From positions 1 to 22,493 of the forward strand of contig JAAOMT010000358.1 of assembly GCA_016748015.1 (NCBI GenBank): a stretch of DNA of 22,493 bases, given 5' to 3'. Under the pieces are notes generated by a model. The model was not told the DNA's origin, searched no databases, and saw nothing but the letters and a program-made list of their open reading frames with translations. The position numbers were made by a program, and so were the translations under genes. Source of the DNA: Geosiphon pyriformis uo1. Taxonomy: Eukaryota; Fungi; Glomeromycota. Position 1 is the first letter of the stretch. Every line of letters begins with the position of its first letter. This document shows positions 1 through 11,809 of this stretch, piece after piece.

Positions 1-3000
1 GAAAGGCAAACCGCTCTTGGATGCACCAATGTTACCCTAGTTGAAGTATATTAAATAATGACTAATCAGAAGAAATATATTTTTGCCGAGTGAAATCAAT
101 TTATTTCTCTTGGCTTACCAGAGCCCAGAGGACGGATTTCAATTTTGAAACTATAGAAGAATCTCGTCTTTCCATTCCATGTTCTCTTACAAAACGGGCA
201 AACTCTCGAAAATGACCCCTTTCTCTTAATAGTTGACAACCTTCTTCAGTTTTTGCCAACTCGCCGTAAAAATGTGGTGGGGTCGTTCCATCAAATGTTT
301 GCCTTTGATAAATTAGTTGTTGATTCTTCATCTGAGAGTGTTTTTATTTAAGAGCACGAGAAGAATCTGGATCAAATAAAGTTACATTTTGATATCATCC
401 TCGTCATCCCTGCCACTGTCCCCGCCGAGTTTTAATGCAGTTGCCAGTAATACTTCAAGTTGGGTAACATAGTACTGATTACGGCTCTGAAGAGCAAATT
501 TTTGATTTTTTCACTAAATTGAAAATATTGGTTGTCAAGAGTTGAATTTTGCACTGTTTTTAACAGTACCTGAAACCAATCATCCATTTCCCTTTCTACG
601 TAGTCGAATTCGGAGAGATATCGAAAACCTATTGATGTTGACAGAAACCTAAGAAGCAAGGGATTGCCAACTTCACCCAAATGATCCAAGCTAGGTCTTA
701 GCTTCACAAGTAATTCAAGATTTTCCTTATGTTTACAAGTTTCTTCAAGGACGCGGACAGCCATTTCACAAACTTCCATAGCGGGATCATAGAGCTATTT
801 CAAGGTGAATTTCAAAACTTCGATTTGGGTTTTTTTACTTAAACAAAAAAGTAGAATGGAAACGAACCTGAGTGATTAATAATCTAATACCCCAATCGTT
901 AAATTTTTTGGTGGAGGTGCGCAAAATGGTGCCGAGATGCTTTGTTGCATAAAGTCTCATTTGCTTTTTGTATCAGAGAATTCGGTGAGCGAATATTTTC
1001 AATAAACTTCGGCTGTAAATAATTACCTTGTAGCCGGATGTCATTACTTTAGAGAGAATAATACGAGGATGTCCATCACTATTAATGTATTCATTTCGGG
1101 CGAATAAAAGTAATTGTTATCAGAAAATAAAAAGATTAAATTTGTAGATTCATATGCAGAGATAAATAAATCCATAACAAAAAATGAATTTGGTACATAC
1201 AGGCTATAGTCCAAACTAGTGATTATGACTTTGATTAGATCTTCACGACTTCGGAGTTCACTCAAGTGATAAAACGTATTGAAGATTTTAAACTTCTCCA
1301 ACAATCTATTTAATTTTTTATTGTCTCCCAATATTTAATGACGATATCATGATCAAAAAGAAATAATATAGAAATTTAATCTACTTGCCTGACACCATCT
1401 TTGAACTTACTTAGAACCCCTATCATAGTAAAGTATCCCGAGGTGAGAGTGTTTCCAATCCGTTCTTGAGAGAATAAAGGTTCTGATTCCACTGTACCCT
1501 TTATCTATGTGCCCAAAAGGCATAAAAACAATTTTCTTGGTTCTTTACTTCCGCGTGAGAATGATACTTGTATTGACATTCTCAAGTATAATAATGGGTT
1601 ACCGGATCAAGTTGAGTCAAACCTTCAGCGATTTGTCTCAAAAATTTGTTACTCTCCAAAAACTTAATCCCATCCGTGTTTTTCAGCAGTGTTGTTATCA
1701 GCGTGCACCCTAAACTTATAAACCGTTGAGTTTCCTAATAATCAAGAGTCTGGGTTAACAAGGTTAGAAGCTAGAAAATCATCTTAGAATAAATATTTAA
1801 ATTTGCTTTAAATACCGATTTTTTGACAATATCAGAGAAGCGACGACTTGAAGGTCGAAAAAAACCAATCAATCGCTTCAGATATTTACTTTTTATGGCT
1901 TCTTCTAACCTTCGAGGATTAAGTAAAGGACCTTGAAGTAACTCCATCAATGTTTCCAATTTCCATTTGGCATATTCCTTGGTATTTAAAACCTATATTT
2001 AATTATCCTCGTCAACTTAAATCATCTATGCCCAATAAGCTTAAGTAAGAATGCTTACACATTGCGGATCATAACAAAGTAATCGAACGAAACCTGGGTA
2101 TCCAAAAGCATGTTTCGAAAATGAACATCATCTATTTGAATTCCCATCGTAATCTTGACGTTCTCTACCTGCCGTGCACTTCTTCTTCGCCGGTCTTCAA
2201 GAGCTGTTGTTGCCCCCGTTTCTGCCAAATCATTCGACTGTAACCGAATTCGAGTTCTATTTAGATTATCAATGTGAGCTAGGGCCGCAGTTGCGTTATG
2301 ACGCACAATTTCATCTTCAAATTTTGTTGCAAGTTTGAAAAGTTTGGGAAGTGACTGGCGAGGAATATAGATTTTCGATATTGAATAAATATAAATGATG
2401 ATTTTGCTAGCCAAAAATTTGAATTCTCACTTGGATACGAATTGAACGGGATAAAGATAGCAACCGATTTGATAGCTGGAGAATTTCTCCAATAAAAAGA
2501 GTAGCTTTTCGTGCTATCTCCTGATTTTTATCTTCAATAATTTCAATTAAGGCCTGGTGATCAATTACAAAATGAATATTATAACGACACATTGAATGAA
2601 TTTCGTGAGATGGGAACTCAATCATAAAATAAAAATATTTTAACACCTCAAGGAGCCCCGAATCAATAAATATCACAAGCAGAACAACCAAATGATGATC
2701 CAAAAGATTGAGTCGATCATTACCAGAAGATGAAAGTGATGTTGGACCACTCATATTATCCTCCAGAGAAGACTGACCATATACTGTGTTAAATAATAAA
2801 AGACGAATTTATAGGTTCGGAAATTCATCAAAGAATTCATTTAATTAAAAATTAAAATTGTTACAGCTAATTCGCCTTCCAGATAAAATATTAGGATAGC
2901 ATATTGGTAGCTTGATCCGAAAGATATTGAAAAGCATATCTAGCATAACATCCTAAAAATAAACTTTGGATAAACTTTCAACTCAACTGAGTATATTCAT

Positions 3001-4705
3001 TCGAATGCTAGTATCTGAACAAACCTTTGTATCATCTGTAGTAATTCGTAAGGATTCTACGAGCGATTTTATTGCCTGTTTATTATCCATGCATAAATAT
3101 ATTATTCCCGTCCAAGATTTCATAAGAATGGAAATGGCTCTGGAACTAGCTTTCAGTTGTTGGTCTGATTTTGCTGTTTTGCTGCATATATCAGTAAAAC
3201 CAGATAAAACTATCTAAAAAAGAAGTAAAATTTGAATGGAAGTAAAATGTCAAGTTAAACGTTTACCAAAAAATAAGCAAACCTCCAAATCCACTCCAGG
3301 CCGTAGACATTCTCTCGATTCCGGTGTGTCAACCACAAAAAGTAATGCTAATACCAGATATTCGGAAAGTTCAAGCGGTCCGTCTATAAGAGACTGTAGT
3401 AATATGCGCATTCCTCCGCAATGGGTAATTAGTTTGGGGTCACGAATAACTACTCGAAGAATCAAATCATTGGTAAAATTAGTTAAATTAGCTGGTGTTT
3501 CTCAAGTGTGGCATATAGGCTCCTACCCATCTCAGCCAATGTCATCACACATATATTCCTGAGCTTTTCGTCAGCTTGCTCTGCTATAGATACAATTGAG
3601 CGCATTATTCCAATTGGAATATATTTTGTACCCTCAGGCACATCAATGAAAGATCGAATGAGTTTCAACACCTGAGCACGCTCATCATTGAAATATTTTG
3701 GATCCTTGGCCAAAGACCTATTGAAATACAATTATTTTGATTGTTGTTAGTAAGTATTTAAGCTAATCGGTACTTTGAATTTTGTGGAATCAAATCCCAA
3801 AATATGATTGACATGCAGATTCTTTTCGGTAAGATAACTGCCAAAATATATGCCAGTTCAGAAATAAAATCTTTACGTGGAGCGATAGCTGAACAGAACA
3901 TCGGGTGTAAATAAATCTGCATGTCGATCATCAATTAATTCCTAGGTTTGAGCAATTTCCTAAGCTGTAAACATGGAATTATCATAAAAAACTTTAAATT
4001 TCCATAATAACCTCATGATGAATATATCAAAGTGCAAATTTATGACTTTCTCTACTCTCCCAGCATCAACTATTAAATATCGCAAGGCTCGATACCCTGC
4101 CAGTCTTACTTCCTTAACCGAATCGGATACACAAAACCGCAAACTACATATTAACAGTGGTCAATTCAAAACGGAACACTTTAAAAAAAAAAAAAAACTT
4201 GGATAAAGAAAAAATCAAACCCCTGTAACAATGGCTCTGGGGGATAAGTATACTTGATACGTTCATGATTTTTTATTAATCTTATCAAACTTCCTAACTT
4301 CTCTACCCGAAATGATGGTTCTTCTGCTCTTTTCTGAATGCATGACAAAACTTCATCAATAATTTCAGCAGGAGTCCGACTTGTATCTGAATAATAACAT
4401 CTTATGCTTAAGGAATGCAGATTATTCCCAACTTTCAACTTATATATTTAAACTTTTAACCTTCGTCACGCTCAGATTCAGATTCTATTTGTAAAGTCAA
4501 ATTTCTCCTACTACGCATGGGAGATTGTTCTGAAGAAAATGTGGGTAGGTCCTTACGACGCCTATGAGGCCTTTTAGACTCCCCTATAAATTACAAAGAT
4601 AATAGAGAAAAAGGGAAAGTTAATCTTTTTAGAGCATTATTTTTCAGATTTCTTTCTTGTACCTAATTTCCTTGGGGACACGGGAGTCTCAATGCTCGTG
4701 TCCAT
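1..4705 (-). CDS. RICTOR: Multi-exon RICTOR/Avo3(Tsc11)/Ste20-like TORC2 subunit; 3' end lies beyond the window edge
   Basis: Exons reconstructed by hand: ATG at 4705 (MDTSIETPVSPRKL), 4583-4461, then from 4386 (DTSRTPAEIIDEV...). Later exons give Rictor motifs EVRLAGYRALRYLI, ERAQVLKLIRSFIDVP, LLQGPLLNPRRLEEAI, LDYSLDGHPRIILSK, LRPSLDHLGEVGNPLLLRFLSTSIGF, PPHFYGELAKTEEGCQLL, KLKSVLWAL/GNIG. Minus-strand ORF-track pieces are individual exons with intron read-through. The start codon is inferred. Confidence 0.93.
1306..1388 (-). other. GC-AG intron in the RICTOR-like gene
   Basis: Minus strand: GGT GTC AG|GCAAGT ... AAATAG|A TTG TTG GAG AAG restores DGVRLLEKFKIF. The neighbouring GT donor gives the wrong phase. 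Confidence 0.8.
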
Positions 4706-5032
4706 CGCAGCGAAAAATAATTTAGATACTGCAAATTCTGAGGAAGGCGGAATAAAATTGACCGCATTCAATTCCAGGGAAAATGTTATCAACCAATATT
4801 ACGTATTTTCACTGTGCATCTGAGATCTGCAAGCCTTATCAATTACAGGGCTCAGGGCTAGAGTATTAAATTACACACAAACTAGATTGATAAGTTTTAT
4901 TTCAAAGCTTCGGGTGCTGTATGAAGGTTTAGTTCCCAGAACAGCTTAATGCACTTTTCAAATACTCGCTCAACTCTTCGATCTTAAGCTTGCTGTCAAC
5001 CCATCACGTCATTTTACATTTCGGTTTACTTC
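4706..5032. promoter_or_regulatory. Bidirectional promoter region between divergent RICTOR-like and WDR7-like genes
   Basis: 327 nt between divergent ATGs; CRE/ATF-like TCACGTCA at 5004-5011; short direct repeat CAGGGCT x2 at 4846-4859. Confidence 0.65.
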
Positions 5033-8000
5033 ATGTCATCGGCCTCTTTAGTCGTTCCCCTGGCACTGTGGAATCAAATACCTAATACCCAAGTTACTTG
5101 TGCTGCATTTAAAGTTGGACATTTGGTGACAGGTTTGAAGACTGGTCAAATTTGGATTTATCGGTGTCGGGTTAAGGGGGAAAGAGGGGAAGTCGAGGTG
5201 AGAAGGTGCTTAAGCTGTTCTCTAGGCGGATTATTCTTAATTTATATACAAACTAGAGTATACTTCAGAAGTTAATCGGAATCATAAAATAAAATAAAAT
5301 TACAAGTTTTCTTTTTTTACATTTGTTTTCTTGTTTTTCTGAAATAAATGCAAAAATCGAAAAACATTGATTCAAGGAAATCAATGAATGTATTAGCTAC
5401 TAATTTGAATAAAGCCTCTCTTTGAATCCATCCATCTCAAGTGAATGTTTCAAATATGTAACCAATCTTTTCATCGATTTCCCTATCAAATAATTCCTAC
5501 GCCAAAAATCAGTTGGAACCCAAAGTTCTCTGTATTGGGCATAAATCTACTGTCGCTGCGTTAACTATAATCGAGGGCTATACCGATGGAAGTGCCGGCA
5601 ATGATTATGTGATCATCAGTGCCTCAGATGACGGGTTAGCTTGCACTTGGCATTTTTATTCAAAATTTTTAAACTCATTTATTTCACTATTTTTAATCGT
5701 CTTATTTAATTTTGGGTCCCTAAGGGAAGTTATGAAGTGGTGTTTATTAGATGGTCGATGTCTTGTATGCGTATCTCGGGCCTTTAATGGTTTTCCAAGA
5801 AGCCTAAAACCGTTGGCATCATCTGGCCAGGTTTTTACACAATGTCTTCTGGAATTTGAAATTTCAATCATATCTTGCCTAATCATATCAAAAAATTGCC
5901 CGGATTTGTATGGGGCTTGATCGGTTCGCGGACTTTTGTACAGACCGCAAAGTATGTTCTTTGCTGTGGTTTTTCGAATGAAATAACCATAATGGATTCC
6001 ACAACTTTGGAGGTAATTGATTGAATCAATATAGAAAGAATGATATGTATATTTGAAATTTTCAGTGTTTGCTCATGTTTACATTTAATCTAATTTAAAT
6101 CTCAAACATAAATTTAGGTTGTGCGCATCTGGGCTGGGCACAATGATTGGGTTGCTTGTACACCTTTTTATGATTCTGGTAAGTTCCATAAAAAGTTTGC
6201 TCTTGGCTTTGATCAAAATACTAAAATTTTATGTAATACAAGATGCTCGCCAAATCCTTCTTTTGACCGCAAATTTTAATGGAAAGTTGCGTATTTGGAC
6301 TTTTGATGAGCAAAAGAAAACTATTATCAAAGAGCATGACAACGTTGGAGAGTTGGATGCGCATGGAGATAAAATTTTGGAATTAACAAGTAATCCATAT
6401 GATATTGGTGTAATTCTTTCAATATCGAGAAAATGTGCCATAGTAAGCTATTTCCAATTGCGATGATTGATTGATTTTCAGAAAACAAAAGACTTTGGTT
6501 CGAAAATCTGATATTTTCTATGTAATTTTACTATTACGAATTCAATAATAAATACAATCTTTCTTTTATTCAGATATTTACAATCCGACGCGATAAGGTG
6601 CTAAATGTACAAGGAATCGTATCCCCTCACTCTAACGTTATTTGGACTGGTGGGATGTTCCTATCAAAAACTCGTGTTTTATTATGGACAAAGGTTAAAT
6701 TAAATAATGCAATCCAATGATTTGTTCGCAATTAAATTCAAAAAGAATTTTTCTTTTATTGGTGACATATATTTTTTGCAGACAGGCGAGGCCTATTTAT
6801 ATTTACTACCAATTAATAGCGAACGAAAGATCCAGCCAGAGCTGGGAAACCTTATGTTGAGAGCTGGCCCTACTAGTCCCGTTCGCCGATCTTCTTTACC
6901 ACTAATACCTACCACTGAGAATTTGTCCTCATCTTCAGCCAAGTAGGTTGTGTGCGCTATTTATTTGTATTTTATTAGATATTACAAAATTTTTTATCCA
7001 ATATAGGCCACTTTTATTAGAATCGGTTCATCGGAATGATAACGGTATTGAGTGGAATTTAGAGGCCCCGAATTTTTGATAAACCTACAAATTAATCATT
7101 AAATTTCTTTTCTCAGATTCCGAAATACACAGCGCGATAACTACTGTATTCAGTCCAACCAACCTTGAAGAAAATACCAATATATGGTATTTAATCAGCT
7201 TTCGAAACCGACCTAGTGGAACCGCTTACGCATGGAAGTCGTTACCTACAACTCACATTTTGCATGCAGGAGATAAAGGGAATAGCGAGGCAAAATGGTC
7301 ACAAGGCTAGTAATCGCAGGGTGCGCTTCTTTTTATAGTTCAAAACGTCACGTTATTTCTAATTTAATGTTTAATTATTCACTTAAATTTAAGAAAGGAA
7401 TCTTGCAAGTATATGGCCGTTAGAAACTTTACGAAATCATTTAAATCAGAACACGTCCCAAGTTACAATAACTACTAATGTTTATGACGACCAAATTGCG
7501 ATGGGATATGGTATGAGGTCCAAATATATTTTCATAATTTGAATGATTACCAGCAAATATAATTATGTGATATACGACGATATATTTGGTATAAATAGAA
7601 AACGGAGAAATACGACTTGTGCCTATTTATTTAGCACTCACTCAAAATGTACAAATTTTGAATTTTCCTGATATACAACTCCTGATTGGACATGTTGGAC
7701 GTGTTACTTGTATTTATTCTCCAAATATGAACACTTTTGGAAAAAAATATCTACTTTCTGGTGGAGCAGATTGTTCAGTTCGAATATGGAGCTTCGAGTG
7801 AGCTCCTTGATTAATCAAAAATTTTGGCTCATTTCCCATTTATCTCACTAATTTTCGCATATTTTAGGAATGGAAAGCGACTAGCAGTCTTTACCGTTCA
7901 TTCACAACCAGTAAAAAAATTCCTTGAGCCTCCCTCTGATGTCGGGGTAAGAATTCGAGGTTGCGTCATATCAGTGGCAAAGGACAATTCTTTAGCCTTT

Positions 8001-11000
8001 ATATCTTTAGAAGAGATGAGCTGGTGAGTTAAATTTCATTTGGAATTTAATTCCTCGAACTATTTTTTGAATCCTGTGTGTATTACCAAAACACCAAAAA
8101 ATTTTCCATAGCCTTTATATTTTTGGTGGTTATCCGTACCCCATTATGGGAATTCAGTGGCGACCATCCGAAGATTCTTTATTACTCTCATATGGTGATG
8201 AAACAGTTCACGTTTGGCAGGTTTGTGGATAACATATAATGAAAGTTTTTAAGTTGTTTGGATAAAAAGGGAAGATGAGTTATAAAGAAAGTTATTAAAT
8301 CAAAAGATGCAATCTGGAAGTCTTGATCGCATTTTGAAAGGTTCAACCGCGCGGATGATGATTGGTGATAAACAATGGAAAATTAGGTAAATTTTAACCT
8401 CATTCATTTCAGAGTGTAGCCAAGGGATTTTTATATAATTTCTTTAATAAAGGCATGATCTCTTCACTTAAATAGTCGAATAGCATCTGCCGACAATATC
8501 AAAGGCAACCAAAGTAAAGGCAAGACGCTCTCGTCTTTCGCCATTGATTCGACGGAAAATTGTATTTATTTTTTTTCTCAATTATGACTAATAACCAAAA
8601 ATGAAAGAATTACAACATTATTCTAATTTTAAATCACAACATGTTTTAAGCTACCTCACCGCTACACATATTCATGATAAATATAAAGCAACTTATAAAC
8701 GATATTTATCATTATCATGTATCTGCATTGGGCTCATTTTCGTTCAATAAGACTAATGGTGTTATGGTCGAAACCGATGAAAGAGGAAGAGAATTCGATG
8801 AGAAAGACGGGACACAATCAAAAATATTTTCATGGACGACAACTAGTCAAATTCCCAACGCTCCTCAATCTTCAAATTCAACTTTGTATTCGCAACTGGA
8901 ACCTGAAAGTGGTGCCCTAGGGGCAAGTGTTGTACAAGGGTTAGTATCGGCCTTGATGTCATGGGAGATTGATGGCTCATTGGATAAAATATGTGTCGAG
9001 CGTTTGGGACTGAAGAAGCCAATAAATAATATTACCTTTGGAATCAGAGGGTAACAATAAGTTCGACCATCTTTAACTTGATTTTTCTCTCGCACAATAA
9101 GCATTTAATTTAACATTATTTTTTGCTTTTGTTCAGAGCAAACGGGAATTTATCCATTGCAGCCCCTTCATGTCAACCAGGAAAATCTATTTGGCAGATA
9201 TCTCCGGCAATGACGGCTATTCATCTTTTATCGATCGTTGGCTTGACGCGATCTTTCTTGTCTATGAAAGGTTAGTGCTAGATGTAGCTCTTATATATTG
9301 CATTCCCTCCCCCCAAGAAAATACTTGTAAAATTCCGCTTTTTGAACATTCAAAGTTTTCAAAAATTATAGTAATATTGATTATCAGGTTTTTTTGTCAT
9401 TTTAAAATTTTTTTCTTTAAAGGTTTAGAGAAGTATACGTGCGACATTATCACACATTATGGAAACACTTTACCCCGTCTCGTTGGTTCAGGATTCTGTC
9501 ATTCCTCTCTTTATTTTCTGGCTAAATATTTCCAAGATCCATCAGGTGTGATTCAAAATTAAGAGCCATCCATATTCTACTAAGTTTCTTAATGTCCAGG
9601 CTATTTTACATATTAGTTGATATACAACAAGCGGCGCGGGCACTTTTTTCGTATTCCTTGAATAATATGCCTCCTGAAGATCAGCAAACTGTCATTGACT
9701 TTTGGAAACAATTTTGTGAGCATATTGATCTCCCCTTTGTGATTTTAACCTAAAGATTCATGATATCGTGAATCCCTCCAACTGATTAACTCAAACTCTA
9801 AGTGCCAGCAGTATCTTCTCCCGATTCACATACGAATCAATTTATGGCAAGGTCTACAATATTGCTCGCTATGATCGCAGCAGATCATCCAAACGTTTTA
9901 CCGAGCAAGTGAGTTTTTATAAAGAAACTTGCTTAAATTTTAAAAAAGATAAAATTTTCATTATATGTTAATAAAGGGTCGCGAAAAATGTGGCTTTGTC
10001 ACTTACTTTGCTACTGAACGATGAGTCCAAGATATCCCATCGATTAGCTGCGCTTGAATTATGCGGAAGAGGATTTGATATTTGGGAGCCTCATATCCTT
10101 TTTCTCATACTAGCAATGGATTTTATTTTATATTCTACCTTTGATCCCTTAACCTTTTGGGATACATTTCAATGGGGTAGCAGTCCTCCGAAGTTTATTT
10201 TCACTGGCAATGGATGGAGATACGAATGCAAATGCAGTTAAAGCAATGGCTCGTAAAGCAATTTTTCAAATAGCTTCAAACAATACTACGCTGTTTATAT
10301 CCACACTTACCTATGATACAATGAATTCTGCGAAACCTAGCGATAAGAACAATTATCTCAAGTTGATTTCATTATTTATTCGTAAGAAACCATTGATATT
10401 ATTCTCTAACCTTCCAGTCTTGGTCGAGGCTGTGGTCAGATCATTAGATCCAAATATACCCAATCTTCGAGAAACTGTTTTGCAAACAACTACTAGTATT
10501 TTGCATGATTTAGTCCGAACTTTCCCATCAATTACCTTCCATGGGCGTTCGCAGAAATTAGCAGTGGGAACATTGGAAGGTGCATCGATAATTTATGATC
10601 TACGAACTGCTACACGATGGCACGTTTTGGAGGTGGATCCTGTTTATTTTTTTCATCTCTTATTTTCTATGATTACATAATTACAAAATTATTTTTGAAA
10701 TAGGGACATACAAAACCTGTCACGGCAATATCATTTTCAATGGATGGAAAAATCATAGTCTCTTGTTCCCTCGATGAAAGAACAGTGCGTGTATGGAATC
10801 CCAGTCCGGGATTATTAGGGATGCTCACCGGATCTTTAGCGGCTGGGACTGGAGCAACGCGTGAGGCCAAACCTTTTGCAACTACTCTATCGAGTTCAAT
10901 AAAGTCAGTCAGAACTTTTGGATTTAATCTTGGTGATGAAGGTAGATCAGAAAATAAGATGTTTGCATCGTAAATAAAGCTTATTTAATTAATACTCATT

Positions 11001-11119
11001 TAAATTCACTAGTACATCTCTCAATTCCAATGATTTTGGATTCAGTACACTTTGAATGGGTAGGCGAGAGGACCGTGAAGCTCTATGTTCAGGAGCTAAC
11101 AATGTCTTTCAATGTTTAA
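5033..11119 (+). CDS. WDR7: WDR7/WDR72 (Rabconnectin-3 beta)-like WD40-repeat protein, ~25 exons, roughly 1,250 aa
   Basis: N-terminus VVPLALW...LVTGLKTGQIWIY; WD repeats GHKSTVAAL, SASDDGEVMKWCLLDGRCL, GHVGRVTCIY...LLSGGADCSVRIW; DNSLAFISLEE...C...QWRPSED; ALELCGRGFDIWEPH; LVEAVVRSLDP; KLAVGTLEG..IYDLRT; GHTKPVTAISFSMDGK. Splice sites traced through to TAA at 11117-11119. Confidence 0.9.
7306..7393 (+). other. Probable GC-AG intron in the WDR7-like gene
   Basis: CAA G|GCTAGT ... TTTAAG|AA AGG AAT keeps frame and removes the in-frame TAG at 7308-7310. A weaker GTCACA donor at 7298 with the next AG is an alternative. Confidence 0.55.
10093..10165 (+). other. U12-type (minor spliceosome) AT-AC intron in the WDR7-like gene
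   Basis: 5' splice site ATATCCTTT at 10093, branch site TCCCTTAAC at 10145-10153, 3' end ATAC at 10162-10165. Removing these 73 nt gives WEP-H-FNGVAVLRSLFSLA in frame with the ORF starting at 10210. Confidence 0.92.
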
Positions 11120-11330
11120 AAACGAGTGGAAAAATTGAAAACTGTATTTTTATTTTGATAAATTATTACTTGATATTCAAAATTTATACCGAGCTAAAAA
11201 TTTTGATGGCATTAGATGGGGAATATGTAATTAAAAGTTATATACAATGTAACTACTTATTTGGATTTTTATTATCTAAAGTTATACCTGTGGAATAAAG
11301 AAGTTAGTAAAATTCAAAATCTTCCAATTC

Positions 11331-11550
11331 TGGCGTCACGACTGAAAGGTGTTCGTTTGTAAGGTTGTATCTTGTGTGTTTGGCATCGCGGCGAAAAGGA
11401 GGAAGTGGTTGGTGGTCAGACGAGAGGATGATGGAGGCCCCGGAAAGAGCAATGTTCACCTCCGCGTTTGCATCTCTTCCTCTTGTGGTGTGGTTGATCC
11501 TCCTTACCAGGCACTAGGGATGAACGTATTCGACGGCCCCCAGCTCTGAG
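11331..11550. other. GC-rich (54%) structured island at the gene-rich/AT-rich boundary; candidate ncRNA, retroelement leader or boundary element
   Basis: 118/220 G+C by hand count. Nested stems AAGGAGGA(11396-11403)/TCCTCCTT(11498-11505), GGAGG(11433-37)/CCTCC(11459-63), GAGC-AAT-GTTC. Begins with PBS-like TGGCGTCACGAC. Confidence 0.45.
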
Positions 11551-11809
11551 ATAAAAGTATTACACAAATATTATTATTCAAATTAATTAATAATTTATAA
11601 TTTTAATAATAAAATTTAAATTGTCAAAAGTTGTTATAATTAAATTAGTTAAAAAATAATACAAAAAATAACTATTTTCAATAAATTGTTTGGTTTTTTA
11701 AAAAAATTTTGGTTTTAAATTTAAATTGTATTTTTGTATTGTCTTTATAAATTTTATATAAAAATACTGTGTCAATTGATAAACAAATTTAAATATTTCA
11801 AAATAATTT

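Noticed and set aside
1507-4206. Plus-strand ORFs at 1507, 2966, 3236 and 4015
   Set aside because: Antisense shadows of RICTOR exons with no recognisable motifs.
5656-10870. Minus-strand ORFs at 5656, 6229, 8865 and 10673, and the off-frame plus ORF at 8717
   Set aside because: Antisense or alternative-frame shadows of WDR7-like exons.
11056-11549. ORFs 11056-11298 and 11349-11549 as genes
   Set aside because: The first overlaps the last WDR7 exon out of frame and runs into AT-rich 3' flank. The second has a GTG start and is open only because of high GC.
11331-11550. Boundary island as U3 snoRNA, SRP RNA, RNase MRP or tmRNA
   Set aside because: Only isolated motif echoes (GAGGATGA/CTGA; GAGG..GAAA..AGCA; GGCCCCGG; GGGATGAACGTATTCGACGG). 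U3 box A and terminal stem, a symmetric SRP helix 8, the MRP P4 3' strand and a tRNA-like acceptor/T arm are all missing.
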